A stretch of 10,182 bases of DNA. Source: Candidatus Omnitrophota bacterium. GTDB taxonomy: Bacteria; Omnitrophota; Gorgyraeia; JABMRG01; JAFGKX01. How positions within the stretch are numbered: the first letter of the stretch is position 1; every line of letters starts with the position of its first letter. Under the pieces are notes generated by a model, which worked only from the letters and a program-made list of their open reading frames with translations, made no database searches and was not told where the DNA came from. Made by a program: the position numbers and the translations under genes. This document shows positions 6,781 to 10,182 of the stretch, one piece after another. The stretch covers positions 817,529-827,710 of the forward strand of contig CP070655.1 of the NCBI GenBank assembly GCA_020354945.1, read 5' to 3'.

Positions 6781-7068
6781 ATGAGAAAAAAGACCTGGAA
6801 GGAAATACCAATAGGTGGCTTAATTGATAAAGCGGGCAGTGCTAAGGAATATAAGACCGGCGAATGGCGCACCTTCAAACCTATCAGGGATGAGAAAAAA
6901 TGCATAAATTGCTTGATATGCTGGGTATATTGCCCGGATTCCAGCATACTGGCAAAAGACGGAAAAATGGCAGGTTTTGACTACGAGCATTGTAAAGGCT
7001 GCGGCATATGCGCATCAGTGTGCCCGGTTAAATGTATAAAGATGGTAAAAGAAGAAAAGGAAAAATGA
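6781..7068 (+). CDS. porD: Pyruvate/2-oxoacid:ferredoxin oxidoreductase delta subunit (2x 4Fe-4S)
   Basis: KTGEWR..P, CINCLICWVYCP and CKGCGICASVCP. Confidence 0.93.
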   Translation: MRKKTWKEIPIGGLIDKAGSAKEYKTGEWRTFKPIRDEKKCINCLICWVYCPDSSILAKDGKMAGFDYEHCKGCGICASVCPVKCIKMVKEEKEK

Positions 7069-8246
7069 GCAAATATATAGCAATAGCAGGAGATCAGGCA
7101 GCAGCAGAGGCAATGCGGCAGATAGAGCCGGATGTAGTTGCAGCTTATCCTATTACTCCGCAGACTGAAATAGTAATGACATTTTCCCAGTTCGTTGCAG
7201 ACGGCAAGGTCAAAACGGAGATGATTCCTGTAGAATCAGAGCATTCGGCAATGAGCGCCTGTGTCGGCTCAGCCGCCGCCGGAGTGCGAACCATGACTGC
7301 AACTTCTGCAAATGGCCTTGCTTTTATGTGGGAGATTGTTTACATTGCTGCATCGACGAGACTTCCTATTGTAATGCCGGTTGTAAACCGGGCCCTCTCC
7401 GCCCCTATAAATATTCATTGCGACCATTCGGATACAATGGGCGCAAGAGATTCGGGATGGCTTCAGATTTATTCTGAGAACGCCCAAGAGGCTTATGAAA
7501 ATATAATCTTAGCTGTAAAGATTGCCGAGAATGAAAATATACTTCTGCCTATTATGGTGTGCCAGGATGGATTTATCACTTCACACGCAGTTGAAAAGGT
7601 AGAAATTTTTGATGATAAAAAAGTCAAAGATTTTATAGGAGAATATAAACCCAGGCAGCCGCTTTTAGATGTTGATAATCCCGTAACCTATGGCCCGCTA
7701 GATTTGCAGGACTATTATTTTGAGCATAAAAGACAGCAGTCCGAAACGATTAAGAATTCATTAAAGGTTATCCCTGAAGTTATTGCAGAGTTTAATAAGA
7801 CATTTAATAGAAAATGCGACTTAGTGGAAGAATATAAATTAAACGATGCAGAAATAGCCATTGTAGTTTTAAGTTCAACCGCAGGCACGGTAAAAGTAGC
7901 GGTCGATAAATTAAGAGAACGAGGCATAAAGGCCGGTCTTTTAATGCCTCGATTTTTTAGGCCATTCCCCGCAGCAAGGATTGTGCGTTCGCTTCGCGGC
8001 AAAAAGGCAGTTTGTGTTTTGGACAGGGCAGAGTCATTTTCAGGCCATGGCGGGCCTTTATTTAATGAGACACGTTCCGCAATGTATAATCAAGAGGATG
8101 CCCCTATTATAAAAAACGGTATCTATGGTTTAGGCGGACGGGATATTTTTGTAGAGGATATAGAGAGGGTATTTGTGGATTTAATAAATATTGCAAAGAC
8201 AGGCAAGGTTAAAAGCTTGGTTGATTATATAGGCGTAAGACAATAA
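7065..8246 (+). CDS. porA: Pyruvate/2-oxoacid:ferredoxin oxidoreductase alpha subunit
   Basis: AAYPITPQT, VESEHSAMS, NRALSAPINIHCDHSD and YGLGGRD. Start reassigned to 7065 (ATGA overlap with the porD stop). Confidence 0.94.
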   Translation: MSKYIAIAGDQAAAEAMRQIEPDVVAAYPITPQTEIVMTFSQFVADGKVKTEMIPVESEHSAMSACVGSAAAGVRTMTATSANGLAFMWEIVYIAASTRLPIVMPVVNRALSAPINIHCDHSDTMGARDSGWLQIYSENAQEAYENIILAVKIAENENILLPIMVCQDGFITSHAVEKVEIFDDKKVKDFIGEYKPRQPLLDVDNPVTYGPLDLQDYYFEHKRQQSETIKNSLKVIPEVIAEFNKTFNRKCDLVEEYKLNDAEIAIVVLSSTAGTVKVAVDKLRERGIKAGLLMPRFFRPFPAARIVRSLRGKKAVCVLDRAESFSGHGGPLFNETRSAMYNQEDAPIIKNGIYGLGGRDIFVEDIERVFVDLINIAKTGKVKSLVDYIGVRQ

Positions 8247-8247
8247 A

Positions 8248-9180
8248 ATGGCTGTTAATTTAAAAGAACTGTCAAAAATGCCGCAAAGGTTCTGCGGGGG
8301 CCATAGGCTTTGTTCTGGCTGCGGCGCCTCCATTATTGTAAGGCAACTTCTTTTGGGGACTCAAGACCCGGTTGTAGTTGTTTGCGCAACAGGCTGCCTT
8401 GAAGTTGCAACAACCATATATCCTTATACCGCATGGGAAGTTCCTTTTATGCATAATGCCTTTGAAAATTCTGCTTCGACTATAAGCGGAATTGAAACCG
8501 CATACCGGGCCTTGAAGAAAAAAGGAAAGATAAAAAAGAATATAAAATTCCTCGCACTCGGCGGCGATGGCGGCACCTACGACATCGGGTTCCAGGCATT
8601 ATCAGGAGCCCTTGAAAGAGGCCATAATTTTGTATATGCCTGCTATGACAACTCCGCCTACATGAATACAGGGATTCAACGCTCAGGTGCGACACCCACA
8701 GGTGCATCTACGACAACAGCGCCTGCTGGAAAAGCAAGTTATGGAAAACCGCAGAGACGGAAAGACCTTACTGCTATTTGCGCTGCTCATAATATTCCTT
8801 ATGTAGCGCAGGCTTCAATTTCGCACTGGAAAGATTTAATAGAAAAATCCCAAAAAGCATTTGCAGTAGAAGGGCCGGCATTTATAAATATTTTGTCTAT
8901 GTGCCATAGAGGCTGGCGTTTTCCTCAAGCAGATACCGTAAAAATTGCAAAGCTTTCAGTCGAAACTTGCTTCTGGCCAATCTACGAGATAGAAAACGGC
9001 GAAAAATTAACCATAAATTATAAACCAAAAGAGAAAAAACCTATAACCGAATTTTTAAAAGCCCAGGGCAGGTTCAAGCATATATTTAAACCCGGCAATG
9101 AAGAAATTTTAAAAGATATTCAAGCCCAGGTCGACCACGATTGGGGCCTGCTCCTTAAAAAAGAAGAATGCTCAAAGTAA
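8248..9180 (+). CDS. porB: Pyruvate/2-oxoacid:ferredoxin oxidoreductase beta subunit (TPP-binding)
   Basis: GHRLCSGCG, TGCLEV, and TPP motif GGDGGTYDIG...YDN.AYMNTG.QRS. Confidence 0.94.
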   Translation: MAVNLKELSKMPQRFCGGHRLCSGCGASIIVRQLLLGTQDPVVVVCATGCLEVATTIYPYTAWEVPFMHNAFENSASTISGIETAYRALKKKGKIKKNIKFLALGGDGGTYDIGFQALSGALERGHNFVYACYDNSAYMNTGIQRSGATPTGASTTTAPAGKASYGKPQRRKDLTAICAAHNIPYVAQASISHWKDLIEKSQKAFAVEGPAFINILSMCHRGWRFPQADTVKIAKLSVETCFWPIYEIENGEKLTINYKPKEKKPITEFLKAQGRFKHIFKPGNEEILKDIQAQVDHDWGLLLKKEECSK

Positions 9181-9243
9181 AATGGGGACTGTCCCGTCCT
9201 TTCTTTAGTTTGCTGACGAAGGATAGGGCCTGTCCCCATTTTA
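9178..9243. repeat. Long imperfect inverted repeat, REP-like (GGGGAC-W-G motif); may double as the por terminator
   Basis: taaaatggggac (9178-9189) pairs perfectly with gtccccatttta (9232-9243). The stem continues imperfectly via ccc/ggg and tcctt/aagga. Confidence 0.7.
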
Positions 9244-9265
9244 TACTACTCTTTACGATATTCGT

Positions 9266-9341
9266 TCCCCGGTAGCTCAGTTGGTAGAGCGCGTGGCTGT
9301 TAACCACTAGGTCGTAGGTTCGAGTCCTACCCGGGGAGCCA
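9266..9341 (+). tRNA. tRNA-Asn(GTT), 76 nt, encoded CCA
   Basis: Acceptor TCCCCGG/CCGGGGA, anticodon arm CGTGG-CT-GTT-AA-CCACT, T-arm GTAGG-TTCGAGT-CCTAC. Confidence 0.97.
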
Positions 9342-9350
9342 TTCTTGATG

Positions 9351-9386
9351 ATTACTCCTATTTATATGAATAGGGGTAATTTTTTT
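9351..9386 (+). terminator. Probable intrinsic terminator after tRNA-Asn
   Basis: attactcctatt/aataggggtaat 12-bp stem (one G-U) followed by a T run at 9380-9386. Confidence 0.65.
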
Positions 9387-9430
9387 GCTTACCCCAAAAC
9401 GCGGTGCCCGGCCAGCGGCCGGACGCGGGC

Positions 9431-9484
9431 GGCCGCATTCCCAAGACGGGAGAAGTTAAGAGATGGATTGAAGAGGAGAAATAA
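9431..9484 (+). pseudogene. Probable C-terminal remnant of a small thioredoxin-like (MTH895/ArsE-type) gene
   Basis: Reads GRIPKTGEVKRWIEEEK*, with its TAA overlapping the next ATG (TAATG). Upstream in-frame sequence has no CxxC motif and hits a stop at 9377. Confidence 0.5.
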
Positions 9485-9924
9485 TGCGCATAAGGCTTTT
9501 GTTTTGCCTAGTATTTGTGTCAATTTTTTTTATGAGCAATTTTGCTATCAGTGCTGATTCTACGCAGGATGCCGAAAGCCCCCCGGCAAGCCACGTAATT
9601 GCTTATTATTTTCACGGAAATTTTCGCTGCGTTAACTGCTATAACATTGAACGCTATTCGAAAGAAGCGGTAGAGCGGTATTTTAAGGATGAATTGGCTT
9701 CGGGCAAGGTAGTTTTTAAGGTGGTTAACATTGAAGAAAAAGGCAACGAGCATTTTGTTAATGATTATCAACTTTATACAAGGTCACTTGTATTGTCGCT
9801 GGTAAAAAACGGGAAGGAAATAAAAGCAAAAAACCTTACTAAGGTCTGGGAATACCTAAGAAATAAACCGAAATTTTATCAATATGTTAAAGACGAAGTA
9901 AACAAATATCTTAATGAGTTCTGA
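9484..9924 (+). CDS. Exported thioredoxin-fold CxxC protein, ArsF-like family
   Basis: Signal-peptide-like N-terminus, then VIAYYFHGNFRCVNCYNIE. RBS GAGGAG upstream. Adjacent to an ArsG-like gene. Confidence 0.78.
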   Translation: MRIRLLFCLVFVSIFFMSNFAISADSTQDAESPPASHVIAYYFHGNFRCVNCYNIERYSKEAVERYFKDELASGKVVFKVVNIEEKGNEHFVNDYQLYTRSLVLSLVKNGKEIKAKNLTKVWEYLRNKPKFYQYVKDEVNKYLNEF

Positions 9925-10182
9925 TGAGCGAACTATTAGTAGCAATTCTATCTGCACTATGGCTTGGGATACTTACCTCTATAAATCCATGTCCACTTGC
10001 CACCAATATCGCCGCGATATCATTTTTATCTAAAAGAGCCGCTCACGCAAAAATTGTATTTTTCTCCGGCCTATTTTACACAATCGGCAGGATGACAGCA
10101 TATGCGATTATAGGTTTTATTATCATATATTCCTTTTTGAGCGTGCCTGCAACAGCAAATTTCTTGCAAAAATATATGAATA
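9924..10182 (+). CDS. ArsG-like / CcdA-like membrane protein, N-terminal part (runs off window; absent from ORF track)
   Basis: TGATG overlap. Translates MSELLVAILSALWLGILTSINPCPLATNIAAISFLSKR...YTIGRMTAY; the S-x-x-PCPLATNIAAISF motif is typical of this family. Confidence 0.85.
   Translation, partial: MSELLVAILSALWLGILTSINPCPLATNIAAISFLSKRAAHAKIVFFSGLFYTIGRMTAYAIIGFIIIYSFLSVPATANFLQKYMN

Noticed and set aside
7032-7064. ORF-track starts at 7032 (porA), 5881 (hypothetical) and 24 (hisF)
   Set aside because: Better-supported starts are 7065 (ATGA coupling) and 5908 (RBS spacing), and hisF begins upstream of the window.
9345-9557. 70-aa ORF after tRNA-Asn
   Set aside because: It crosses a terminator, overlaps the ArsF-like gene out of frame, and lacks an RBS or recognisable motifs.
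1098-9771. Remaining ORF-track entries on the minus strand or in alternative frames (e.g. 1098-1694, 4449-4820, 5278-5841, 6366-6737, 7715-8002, 9520-9771)
   Set aside because: They are shadows of well-supported conserved genes, with no independent motifs.

Overview
AT-rich bacterial chromosomal window, mostly housekeeping genes. In order: hisF (3' part), a DUF1846/UPF0371 protein, a VanZ-family gene (minus), tRNA-Arg(ACG) (minus) divergent from tadA, tRNA-Ser(GCT), dnaX, recR (no ybaB/ebfC between them), a two-TM hypothetical leading a four-subunit pyruvate/2-oxoacid:ferredoxin oxidoreductase operon (gamma-delta-alpha-beta), tRNA-Asn(GTT), and an ArsF/ArsG-like pair preceded by an apparent C-terminal stump of an ArsE-like thioredoxin gene. 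The most unusual part is non-coding: a ~270-nt hairpin-dense element directly 3' of tRNA-Arg. It ends in an exact 24-nt copy of the tRNA T-loop/acceptor/CCA end and begins with a degenerate inverted copy of the same end, an RtT-like architecture. Several families of short palindromes and heptamer tracts sit at gene and tRNA junctions. All calls come from manual reading and motif recognition; no searches or folding programs were run.
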